This document shows positions 30,281-39,012 of a DNA stretch of 64,000 nt, in pieces. This DNA comes from an uncultured Acidobacteriota bacterium (GTDB lineage: Bacteria > Acidobacteriota > Thermoanaerobaculia > Multivoradales > UBA5704). Each line of letters starts with the position of its first letter. Within the stretch, counting starts at the first letter, position 1. Location of the stretch: positions 1,184,001 through 1,248,000 of the forward strand of contig OY969474.1 of NCBI GenBank assembly GCA_963700145.1. Reading direction: 5' to 3'. Under the pieces are notes generated by a model. The model worked only from the letters and a program-made list of their open reading frames with translations, searched no databases and was not told where the DNA came from. A program made the position numbers and the translations under genes.

Positions 30281-31545
30281 TGCGCCGCCGCTCCCGCTCG
30301 GTCTCAGCGTCCGTCCCGGTGCTCGCCGCCCTCCTCGCCGCGGCGTGTGCCGGGGCGGGCGTGCCTGCCGCCGCCCCCGGCGGCGCCGCGCCCGGCGGCC
30401 GGGTCTCCGCCGACGATCGCCAGTTCAGCGGCCGGCAGGTCATGGTCACCCTGCCGCCGGGGCCGCCGCCGATCGTCGGCTGGATGGTCCGCTCGCTGGA
30501 GCAGAAGTACCACCTGCGCACCGTCTTCGCCTGGCCGCTCGCCTCGCTCGGCGGCGAGCACTGCATGGTCTTCGAGGTGCCGCGCGGCCAGAGCGTCGAG
30601 GCATTGGTGGCGGCGTTGGAGGCGGACCCGCAGGTGGGGACGGCACAGCCGATCCACGAGTTCGAGACCGCGGCGACCGGCTACAACGACCCCTACGCGC
30701 ACCTCCAGTACGGCGCCCAGACGCTCAACCTCGAGCAGGCGCACCGCATCGCCACCGGCAAGGGGGTGCGGGTGGCGGTCGTGGACACCGGCGTCGACGT
30801 CGACCACCCCGACCTGCGCGGGCGGATCGCGCGCGTCGGCAACTTCGTCGACCGCGGCGAGCGCAGCTTCACCTCCGACGCCCACGGCACCGCCGTCGCC
30901 GGGGTGATCGCGGCGCGCGCCAACAACGAGGTCGGGATCGTCGGGGTCGCCCCCGGCGCCGAGGTGCTGGCGCTCAAGGCCTGCTGGGAGCAGCCGCCCG
31001 GCTCGCGCCGCGGCGTCTGCAACAGCTACACGCTGGCCAAGGCGGTGGACTTCGCGATCGTCGAGAAGGCGCAGGTGTTGAACTTCAGCCTCGCCGGGCC
31101 GGTCGATCCGCTGCTCACCCGCCTGATCGCCCGCGCCGTCGAGCGCGGCGTCACGGTGGTGGCGGCGCAGGGGGACGGGCAGGGGCGGGGGTTCCCGGCT
31201 TCGCTCGACGGTGTCCTGGGGATCGCCGCCACCGACCCCGCCGGGGCGCTGCACGGCGGCGCGCCGGCGCGGCCGCGGCCGCTTTTCGCCGCCCCGGGGA
31301 TCGACATCCTGACCACCGCGCCGCGCAGCGCCTACGACTTCTTCAGCGGCAGCTCCTTCGCCGCGGCGCACGTCAGCGGCGTCGTGGCGCTGCTGCTCGA
31401 GAAGCAGCCCAAGCTCTCGCCGCGCGACATCGAACGCCTCTTCGCCGACACCGCCCACAAGGTCAACGGCGGCGGCGCGACGGCCGGCCTCATCGACGCC
31501 TGCGCGGCGCTGGCCAAGGCGACGGGAGCGACAGAGTGTCGTTAG
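30280..31545 (+). CDS. Subtilisin-like S8 serine peptidase, lipoprotein
   Basis: GTG overlaps the anti-sigma stop; lipobox AAAC; triad VAVVDTG, HGTAVAG, SGSSFAAAHVSG. Confidence 0.92.
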   Translation: MRRRSRSVSASVPVLAALLAAACAGAGVPAAAPGGAAPGGRVSADDRQFSGRQVMVTLPPGPPPIVGWMVRSLEQKYHLRTVFAWPLASLGGEHCMVFEVPRGQSVEALVAALEADPQVGTAQPIHEFETAATGYNDPYAHLQYGAQTLNLEQAHRIATGKGVRVAVVDTGVDVDHPDLRGRIARVGNFVDRGERSFTSDAHGTAVAGVIAARANNEVGIVGVAPGAEVLALKACWEQPPGSRRGVCNSYTLAKAVDFAIVEKAQVLNFSLAGPVDPLLTRLIARAVERGVTVVAAQGDGQGRGFPASLDGVLGIAATDPAGALHGGAPARPRPLFAAPGIDILTTAPRSAYDFFSGSSFAAAHVSGVVALLLEKQPKLSPRDIERLFADTAHKVNGGGATAGLIDACAALAKATGATECR

Positions 31546-31622
31546 ACTGGCTGGATGCTCGGGGGAATCCCTAGGAACCACGATCTCGCTTGTCGCCGTG
31601 CTTGAGCTGCAGCTCGAGCCGC

Positions 31623-33050
31623 CTAGTGCTGGGCCTCGATCGACACCAACAGAACAAACAGAAGCAGGTTGTCTCCGCGGATTTGGAGATCAGTGAACTG
31701 CCGCGAGTCGAAAGCGGGCTCAAGCTTGTGGACTCCTTTGTTCAGTCGGCTGTAAACGGCCATAGCTGCACGAGCGTCGCTGATCGCAAACTGCCCACGT
31801 TGTCTGAGGTCAGCCCTCTCGAAGAGGAAAAGGATGCGAGCTTGCCATGTGGGCCGATTCTTGGGGTTCTGGTTCACGTAGTGCTCCGGGTCGCTCGTCC
31901 ATCCGCGGACCGCTTCATCGGGTGCCGCCAGCGGGAGAAGCTCGAGCAGAAGCTGCCGGCACGACGTGCAGTAGTGCCGCACGCGGTCAGGGTTGCTCGG
32001 AGTGAGCGCTGCTCTCGTTCCCTGCCACACGTGGAAGAAGCCCGGATAATGGGCGCTTAGGAGGCTCTGGAGGGTAACGCCACCCTTCTCCGCAATCTGC
32101 TGCTTGAGGCGCGGCTCTTCCTCTTCATCCTCGCTCTCGGCCGGGCGACCGGTGCCGACGTATCCGAGTCCTCGGAGCAGATTGGCGTGGGCATAGATCT
32201 CGATGCCCGGAAGAGTTTCAATTGTGAAGGCCAAGTCACTCAGTCTGGGAGATACGACAAGTGGATCGAACGCGAGGTAGGAGGCTACGAGTTCCGCAGT
32301 GGCCCTCTGGAGATGGTCGGTCGGTCCGAGGATGCCATGAAGGTGCCGCCAGTCGAGCGTTGCCAGGGTGTCCTGCACGAAGCGGTCGATTACCGGCGCG
32401 TCGCGAAGCAGTGCGTCCATATCAGCCCGTGTTGAGGCGATGCCCTCGTTGAACGCGGCTAATGTGGCGGTGGAGGGCTGCATCGCTTCGAGCCGGGCGT
32501 GCACCGCTTCAGCGGCACCCTGGTAAGCCTGTACGCCCTCCGCGAGTCTCCGAATCTCGGGCTGCAGAAGCGCTGCTGTTCTCACGAGTTCAGCCCGGCT
32601 CTCCATTTCCTCGAAAGCGGCAGATGCGGCCCGCTTCGCGGTAATCACCTCCTCGACTAGGGATCGCTCCATTAGCCGTCCGTAGTCACTGATCCGGTCG
32701 AGCTTTTCAAGAGCGCCGGAGATAGCTCTCGTGCTGGCAATCGCCTCCTCGGCGAGGGATCGCCCCATCAGCCGCGCGCAATCCTCGGCCCGGTTGAGCT
32801 CTTCAACGGCGCCGGAGACGAGTCTCGTGCTGGCAATCGCCTCTTCGGCCAAGGATCGCCCCATCAGCCGCGCGCAGTCCCCGGCCCGGTTGAGCTCTTC
32901 AAGGGCGCCGGAGACGGCTCTCGTGCTGGCGATCGCTTCCTCGGCGAGGGATCGCCCCATCAACCGCCCGTGGTCCGTAAGCCGATTGAGTTCCTGAAAA
33001 GCTGCGGCAAGGGCTCCGCCGCCGAAAGAGTCTCGATAGCCGCCGTACAT
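31623..33050 (-). CDS. Protein with N-terminal 32-aa repeats and a C-terminal HEPN-like domain resembling the predicted pPIWI-associating nuclease family
   Basis: C-terminal NPDRVRH..TS.RQL....APD..V..W....RPT..ARI..L and LNKGVH. GGAGG RBS. Lower GC than the flanks. Confidence 0.6.
   Translation of the reverse strand: MYGGYRDSFGGGALAAAFQELNRLTDHGRLMGRSLAEEAIASTRAVSGALEELNRAGDCARLMGRSLAEEAIASTRLVSGAVEELNRAEDCARLMGRSLAEEAIASTRAISGALEKLDRISDYGRLMERSLVEEVITAKRAASAAFEEMESRAELVRTAALLQPEIRRLAEGVQAYQGAAEAVHARLEAMQPSTATLAAFNEGIASTRADMDALLRDAPVIDRFVQDTLATLDWRHLHGILGPTDHLQRATAELVASYLAFDPLVVSPRLSDLAFTIETLPGIEIYAHANLLRGLGYVGTGRPAESEDEEEEPRLKQQIAEKGGVTLQSLLSAHYPGFFHVWQGTRAALTPSNPDRVRHYCTSCRQLLLELLPLAAPDEAVRGWTSDPEHYVNQNPKNRPTWQARILFLFERADLRQRGQFAISDARAAMAVYSRLNKGVHKLEPAFDSRQFTDLQIRGDNLLLFVLLVSIEAQH
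32630..32995 (-). repeat. Coding tandem repeat, 96-bp (32-aa) unit, about 4 copies
   Basis: ELNR..D..RLMGRSLAEEAIASTR..SGA.E three times plus a degenerate fourth copy; gtgctggcaa recurs at 32731 and 32827. Confidence 0.9.
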
Positions 33051-33367
33051 GGTGCTGTCCTCCAGTTAACCCAGAGTACAACGAAGAGTTTCAAAGTCAC
33101 TATATCTTGGGCGGGCGCCCGCTGCAAGCACATTAGCTTGGGATGCCAGCTCAGGACCCCCGCACACGGCGGATCGCGGCGCGGCGCCCGCCTTGGGAGG
33201 CTCCAGCACTAGAAGTTAGGGAAGGTTTAAGGCCAAGGCGGCGCGGCCCTGGCAGAGGTCCGGGGGCGGCCTAGAGAAACCGCTAGCGTGGCGTTAGAGG
33301 GCTGGCGCAGCCCGCGCGTGGTAGGCCGTGCACACGAAACCACCGCTCCTTCCGCGTCTGCGCTGAG

Positions 33368-34684
33368 CTAGCCGCCGGGCACAGGAGCCGGTGCGGTGGC
33401 TTTGTCCAGCTCCCCGATCAGCGCGTCCGAGGCCGGGCGCTCCTTCTGCAGGCGCGCCGCCACCGTCTCGGCCTGCCGCAGCACCCGCAGCGCGTTCTCG
33501 CCGGCCAGCTTCTTGACGTCCCCCTCGCTCCAGCCGCGGCGGAGGAGCTCGGCCAGGAGCACCGGGTAGTCGGCCACGTCCTCCAGGCCGACCGGCACCG
33601 TCGTGATGCCGTCGAAGTCCGAGCCGATGCCGACGTGGTCGATGCCGGCCAGCCGCCGCGCGTGCTCGACGTGGTCGGCGACCTCGGCGAGCGTGGCGGG
33701 CGGCTCCGGGTTCGCCGTCCGCCAGGCCTCCAGCGCCGCCTTCGCCGCCTCCGGCTCGCCGGGGTGGAGGGCCTTGAAGCGCGCCTCGGCCGCGTCCTCC
33801 TCGGCCCACCACGCCCGCACCGCCTCGGAGAGGAAGCCCGGCACGAAGGTCACCATCACGACACCGCCGTTCTGCGGCAGCCGGCGCAGGACGTCGTCGG
33901 GCACGTTGCGCGGGTGGGCGTCGAGCGCCCGCGCCGAGGAGTGGGAGAAGACGACCGGCGCCGCGGCCGCGTCGAGCGCGTCGTGCATCGCCTCGGCCGA
34001 GACGTGCGAGAGGTCGACCAGCATGCCGAGGCGGTTCATCTCGCGCACCACCTCGACGCCGAAGGGCGAGAGCCCCCCGACCTTCGGCGCGTCGGTCGCC
34101 GAGTCGGCCCAGGCGGTGTTCTTCGAGTGGGTGATCGTCATGTAGCGCGCGCCGGCGGCGTAGAGCTGGCGCAGCACGGCGAGCGAGTCGGAGATGGCGT
34201 GCCCGCCCTCGACGCCGATCAGCGAGGCGACCTTGCCGGCGCGGTGGATGCGCTCGACGTCGGCGGCGGTGAGCGCCACCTCCAGCGCCTGCGGGTAGCG
34301 GGCGGCGAGGCGGTGGACGACGTCGATCTGCTCGAGGACGGCGACGGTCGGGTTGGCGATGTCGGCCGGCACGTAGACCGACCAGAACTGCGCCCCGACG
34401 CCGCCGCGCTCCAGGCGCACGAGATCGGTGTGGAGCGGCTTCTCGAGACCGCTCTGGTCCTGGCTCAGGTCGATGGCTGCGAGGTGGTTTTGGAAGCGGC
34501 TGCGCAGCTCCCACGGCAGGTCGTTGTGGCCGTCGACCAGCGGCACCTCCTCGAGGAGCGCGCGGGCCCGCGCCACCAGCTCCGCCGGCGGCGGCTGCCA
34601 CGCCGCCGCCCCGCCGTTCTGCGCCGCCGCGGCGCCCAGCCAACCCGCCGCCGCGATCGCTACCAGGACCACCGTCCGCCGCAT
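33368..34684 (-). CDS. Membrane/renal-type dipeptidase (peptidase M19), secreted
   Basis: VDGHNDLPW, HTDL.RL..GGVGAQFWSVY, GVEGGH, MLVDLSH, FSHSS, HPRNVPD, GIGSDFDG. Confidence 0.93.
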   Translation of the reverse strand: MRRTVVLVAIAAAGWLGAAAAQNGGAAAWQPPPAELVARARALLEEVPLVDGHNDLPWELRSRFQNHLAAIDLSQDQSGLEKPLHTDLVRLERGGVGAQFWSVYVPADIANPTVAVLEQIDVVHRLAARYPQALEVALTAADVERIHRAGKVASLIGVEGGHAISDSLAVLRQLYAAGARYMTITHSKNTAWADSATDAPKVGGLSPFGVEVVREMNRLGMLVDLSHVSAEAMHDALDAAAAPVVFSHSSARALDAHPRNVPDDVLRRLPQNGGVVMVTFVPGFLSEAVRAWWAEEDAAEARFKALHPGEPEAAKAALEAWRTANPEPPATLAEVADHVEHARRLAGIDHVGIGSDFDGITTVPVGLEDVADYPVLLAELLRRGWSEGDVKKLAGENALRVLRQAETVAARLQKERPASDALIGELDKATAPAPVPGG

Positions 34685-34756
34685 GCCGCCTCCTCCGCGC
34701 CTCGCGAGGCGCTCCGAGCCGGGCATTCTAGCCGGGAGGATCGGCGGCTACGACGA

Positions 34757-35200
34757 CTACTTCCGGACCGCCACCAGCGCGATCTCGACGCGCGCGCCGC
34801 GCGGCAGCGCGGCGACCTGCACGGTCGCCCGCGCCGGCGGCTCCGCGGGGAAGTAGGTGGCGTAGACCTCGTTCATCGCCGCGAAGTCCGCCAGATCGGC
34901 GAGGAAGACCTGCGCCTGGACGACCTCGCCCAGGGAGAACCCGGCGGTGGCGAGGACGGCCTTCAGGTTCTCGAGGGCGCGCCGGGTCTCCGCCTGGATC
35001 CCACCCGGGACCAGCTCGCGGGTCGCCGGATCGAGGCCGAGCTGACCGGCCAGGTAGAGCGTGTCGCCGGCGCGGAAGGCCTGCGAGTAGGGCCCGATCG
35101 CCTGCGGCGCCTCCGGAGTAGAGACCGGCCCCCAGGTGTGGACTTCGACCGTGCAGCCGGCAATCGTGAGCGCGAGAAGGAAGGCTGCTGGGAGATTCAC
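34757..35200 (-). CDS. RidA/YjgF-family protein with an N-terminal lipoprotein-like signal
   Basis: APQAIGPYSQA, LAGQLG, FAAMNEVY, PPARATV..AALP..ARVEI; N-terminus LLALTIAGC. Confidence 0.9.
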   Translation of the reverse strand: MNLPAAFLLALTIAGCTVEVHTWGPVSTPEAPQAIGPYSQAFRAGDTLYLAGQLGLDPATRELVPGGIQAETRRALENLKAVLATAGFSLGEVVQAQVFLADLADFAAMNEVYATYFPAEPPARATVQVAALPRGARVEIALVAVRK

Positions 35201-35211
35201 GGCCTTAATCG

Positions 35212-38109
35212 TTAGGGGACCGGGTGGAGTACATCGACGAAGACAATTCGCTGGATGAGGTCGTCAGACTCCGTTTCGTCGGACTTCAGTTCGAGATCGA
35301 TCCCGCGCTGGAAACGGCCGGGATCGATGCCGTGACTGGTGATGAGATAGCTCGACACTTCGTCGGCGCGGAGGTTGGCGAAACCTTCCGGTTTCTCTTC
35401 CTCGCCGGCGTCGCCTTGAGCGGTAACCCGAACGATTAGCTCGGAGTCTTTCTTCAGTATCTCCGCTACTTCGTCGAGGCTAGCCCTTGCAATATCGTCC
35501 AGATAGCTGCTGCCTTCTATGAAGTAGATCGTTGTCCTCTGGTATGTCGGCAGGGGTGGGGGTGGAACAGAAAAATATTGCTCCCAAGCGCGTATGTTCT
35601 CTTCGATAATGTCTAGATCGGCGCCCTCATCGTCCACCCGGTCGCCCATCGCGGCGATCCAGCTCAGTATTGTCGACATCTCTTCGTTAGATGCCAGCGT
35701 TATGATTTGCTCATAACGTTCCTGCAGTTCACGTACCCGGATCGCGCGCATTTCGGAGCTGGTTGGTTCAGATCTTGTTGTGGAGATTTCACCTGCCCCT
35801 GCATCCGCCGCAAGTGGAAGGGAAACCGTCGAGGATATGGGCGCAGGGCCCGTGGAGGGTGCAGTCTCTGTGCGGGAGATGGGAGGAGTCCCTTCAGACA
35901 AGGCACCTTCAGACGAGGCATTTCTCGACGGAGTGCCCTCAGACGAGGCGGACGCCACCTTGTCGGGAGGCAGCCCGCTCCGGTCCACCCACTCGAAGTT
36001 ACTGATCCCTAGAACGCCATCCTCCGGAGCGGCGTCACGCACGTAGTACCAGCTCCCGCGGGCGGACTCGGGCAGGTCGAGCGAAGCCGGCAGTCGCGGA
36101 AGGCGCTGAGTTTTGGCTCCTACGAGATCTTTCGGAACATCTCGCCACCGCGCATTGCCTACCACCCCGACCCGAACTGACCCCGTTCGTGCTCCCGGAC
36201 CGCGTAGCCGCAGTTCGTACCTCGTCTCCTGTCGGACCGACACCTCGCGGGTGAAGGCGGGCAAGGCATCCGGCAGCGCCACGACTGCTAAGAGGGCCGC
36301 CAGGAGCGCCGTTACGCTCGCCGTCCAGCCCGGAGATGGAAGACGGCGCCAACCGAGGGCGGTCCGGAATGCGCGGTCGCGGATCGGCAAGAGCACCTGC
36401 CGCCGAAGGCTTCGCGCCACCCAGCCCGATATGGGTGGCTCGAGCCCCGCGGCGCTCCGGACCGTCAGCTCCTCGACGGCATCCCCGACCAGGCCGGCCA
36501 GGGGGCCTTGCGCAAGATCGGCCAGCTCGGCCAGGGCCGTGGCCTCGCGCCCGGGAACTCGGATCTCCTGCAAGGCTCGGTCGAATCGCCAGCGCTCGTA
36601 GGCGGCAGTGCCAACCTGCGGTTCGGAGGCGGCGACAAGATCTGCGAGGAAGGCGTGGACTTCGCCGGATGCAGGGGGCAGGCCGAGAGACGCGGCGAGG
36701 GGCGGAGCCTCGAGCGCTTCGAACAAGGCCGCCGGGGGGACGTGGGGGCAGAAACGTTGGCGGAGCCGCTCCAAGAGGGTGGGATCCGGCCGGGGAGCCC
36801 GGGCTAGAAGCCAGCGGAGGCGGTCTATGTCGAGTGGAGTGACCGGACGGTCCGCGGCGGTGCGATAGGTCGCGCGGGACGGCGCGCCAGGGCGGCCGTG
36901 CCGGAGGTGACGGGCGACGGCGAGAAGGCCCTCGGCGGTCATAGGCCAGATGGGAGTCTTCAGCACCTCCGGCCGACGCAGCACCGAATGCCAGGAGCCG
37001 GGGTCGCCCACTGGGTGCAGCCAGGCACGATGCGGCCAGGCCGCGAGCTGCTCGACCCACGGTGCGACCTGCCCCTCCCAGCCGCGGAGAACGCCCGCTC
37101 CCGTGCTGATCACCAGCAGTGGGCTCAAGGCACGTAGCCGGGCAAGCTGTCGAAGCGAGATCTCGGGATCGCCGAGTGAACGGAACACGCGGTCGGCGTC
37201 GGCATGGAACTGCCAGCGGTCGAGGGGGGCGCCGCGCGCCGCGAGACCGGCGAGGAGCGAGGAGATGCGGCTTTGCAAGGGCGCCATCTCGGAGCCGATG
37301 TCCTCCAAGACGACAACCGGGGGCGCCACCGCGCGGGAGCGGAAAACTACGTGAGGGGCGAGCCCGGCGCGCAGGGTGTTTTGCAGCGTACGGTTGACGT
37401 CTAAATCGCCGTATCGAGGGGACATTGGGGTCCGCTGTCCCAGAAGGGCGGCCGCTTCCTCCAGAACCGCGGTCGAGAAGGGGGGTGTTATGTCCCCCAC
37501 CTCGATCTCGTACCCCTGGGGGTTAGGCAACTCTTCCAGCATTTCGTGCCAGCGCTGACGAGCGGCGCGCTCCGTCGCTCGCCGCAGGCGGACTCGGTAG
37601 AGCGCAAGCAGGAGGCCGCCCGCGATGCCGGCGGCGCCTGCCAGCACGCGCTTTCGATCAGGCTGGGGATAGGTGTCCGGGATCAGCGGTAGACGCTCTT
37701 TCCCGTCCGCCGGTGGCTCGCTGGGACGGGAAGCGATCGGCTGCGGCGGTGGTGGGTCGGGTCGCGGCCAGAGCCAAGCGCCGATGACGAGGCCGAGGGC
37801 AATGATCGCCGCGACCCCCAGGAGGGCCAGCCGGGGGAAGCGCCGCTCCTGCGGTTCCTCGGGGGGTGGGGGCGGCTTGGGTTCCTCGGCGGGCCGCAGG
37901 TACAACTCATTGAAGACCTCACGAACCTTTTCCACCTCCTCCGGACTGCGCGCTAGGAGGGCGGCGAGCGCGTCGCGTAGCGAGTCGACGTCCGTGTCAT
38001 CCCACCGCGAGAGGAGACGGGCCACGGCCAGATGTTCCCGCAGGCCGATGTCTAGCTCGCGCTCCTGAAGGAGCTTGAGGAGATCGGCCAGAGGCAGGGG
38101 CTTGACCAT
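35212..38109 (-). CDS. MoxR-associated vWA-like protein with two TM segments and a C-terminal OmpA-like domain
   Basis: N-terminal IGLREHL..ARLL / LAALLARSPEE typical of MoxR partners; LDVNRTL..T.RAG, VVLED.GSEM, LLVISTG, W..RAWLHP; C-terminal IYF..GSS.LD..A...LDEVA.IL and LRA..V..YL...GI. Confidence 0.65.
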   Translation of the reverse strand: MVKPLPLADLLKLLQERELDIGLREHLAVARLLSRWDDTDVDSLRDALAALLARSPEEVEKVREVFNELYLRPAEEPKPPPPPEEPQERRFPRLALLGVAAIIALGLVIGAWLWPRPDPPPPQPIASRPSEPPADGKERLPLIPDTYPQPDRKRVLAGAAGIAGGLLLALYRVRLRRATERAARQRWHEMLEELPNPQGYEIEVGDITPPFSTAVLEEAAALLGQRTPMSPRYGDLDVNRTLQNTLRAGLAPHVVFRSRAVAPPVVVLEDIGSEMAPLQSRISSLLAGLAARGAPLDRWQFHADADRVFRSLGDPEISLRQLARLRALSPLLVISTGAGVLRGWEGQVAPWVEQLAAWPHRAWLHPVGDPGSWHSVLRRPEVLKTPIWPMTAEGLLAVARHLRHGRPGAPSRATYRTAADRPVTPLDIDRLRWLLARAPRPDPTLLERLRQRFCPHVPPAALFEALEAPPLAASLGLPPASGEVHAFLADLVAASEPQVGTAAYERWRFDRALQEIRVPGREATALAELADLAQGPLAGLVGDAVEELTVRSAAGLEPPISGWVARSLRRQVLLPIRDRAFRTALGWRRLPSPGWTASVTALLAALLAVVALPDALPAFTREVSVRQETRYELRLRGPGARTGSVRVGVVGNARWRDVPKDLVGAKTQRLPRLPASLDLPESARGSWYYVRDAAPEDGVLGISNFEWVDRSGLPPDKVASASSEGTPSRNASSEGALSEGTPPISRTETAPSTGPAPISSTVSLPLAADAGAGEISTTRSEPTSSEMRAIRVRELQERYEQIITLASNEEMSTILSWIAAMGDRVDDEGADLDIIEENIRAWEQYFSVPPPPLPTYQRTTIYFIEGSSYLDDIARASLDEVAEILKKDSELIVRVTAQGDAGEEEKPEGFANLRADEVSSYLITSHGIDPGRFQRGIDLELKSDETESDDLIQRIVFVDVLHPVP

Positions 38110-38121
38110 GCCAGCTCCCGT

Positions 38122-39012
38122 TCAGGCCGCGGGCGGCCTCACGCGGTGCTGGTCTTCCTGCACTTTGAGTAACGCGCAAATATAGGGGAGGTCGCGAAGC
38201 TCCCCCTCGAGCTCCCCATCGGTCACCCGCGCGTGGTGGAGGATCCGAGCCCAGGTCAACATTTCGCTGGTCGACGGTTCCTTGAGAAGTCCTGGGAATT
38301 CGCGGAGCGCGGTAAAACGTCTGACGATCCGCTCGGCTAGTGCCCGGGTCAGCTCCAGATGTCCCAGCCGCTCTTGCAGGATGGCGAGGAGACTGTGTTC
38401 GTCTGGCGGCTCGATGTGATGGAAGACGCAGCGACGCAGGAATGGATCGGGGAGCTGGCTCTCGCGGTTGCTGGTGATCACGACGACGGGACGATGGCGC
38501 GCAGGCTCCGCGATGTCCAGCTCCGGGATGCGGAGCTCCATGCGGTCGAGCGCGTTCAGGAGATCGTTCGGGAAGTCGCGTGGCGCCTTGTCGACTTCAT
38601 CGATGAGCACCACTTTGCGCTCCTCAGATCGGAACGCACGCCCGAGAGGACCGAGGCGTAGGTAGTTGCCGCGGTCGCGGGCGTGCGGATCGCTGACCTG
38701 CGCGTCGTAGAAGCGCTGCAGGTTGTCGATTTCATAAAGAAGGTCCCTCCCCTGATGGTCGCTGCGCACGGCAAAAACCTCGACGTCGCCGAGCTCAAGC
38801 TCCGCGGCGATCGAGAAGGCGAGCACGGTCTTGCCTGTCCCGGCCTTACCGGTGACGAGTAAAGGTTGCTCCACTGCCAGGGCGGCGTTGACGGCGTTGA
38901 CCAGCGCTGGGGAGGCAAGATAGCGGCCGCGCTCGCCCGGTGTGGGGACAGACCGCCCGTCGCGAGTGGTGCCGTTACCCCGATACTGCCGGAACTCGGG
39001 CATCTGGCTCAT
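38122..39012 (-). CDS. MoxR-family AAA+ ATPase
   Basis: AVNAAL...PLLVTGKAGTGKT, VVLIDEVDKAPRDFPNDLL, ITSN.E..LPDPFLRRC, PSTSE. Confidence 0.92.
   Translation of the reverse strand: MSQMPEFRQYRGNGTTRDGRSVPTPGERGRYLASPALVNAVNAALAVEQPLLVTGKAGTGKTVLAFSIAAELELGDVEVFAVRSDHQGRDLLYEIDNLQRFYDAQVSDPHARDRGNYLRLGPLGRAFRSEERKVVLIDEVDKAPRDFPNDLLNALDRMELRIPELDIAEPARHRPVVVITSNRESQLPDPFLRRCVFHHIEPPDEHSLLAILQERLGHLELTRALAERIVRRFTALREFPGLLKEPSTSEMLTWARILHHARVTDGELEGELRDLPYICALLKVQEDQHRVRPPAA

Noticed and set aside
33051-33367. Possible tRNA or att site beside the nuclease insertion
   Set aside because: No cloverleaf or T-loop consensus and no flanking direct repeat could be found by eye.
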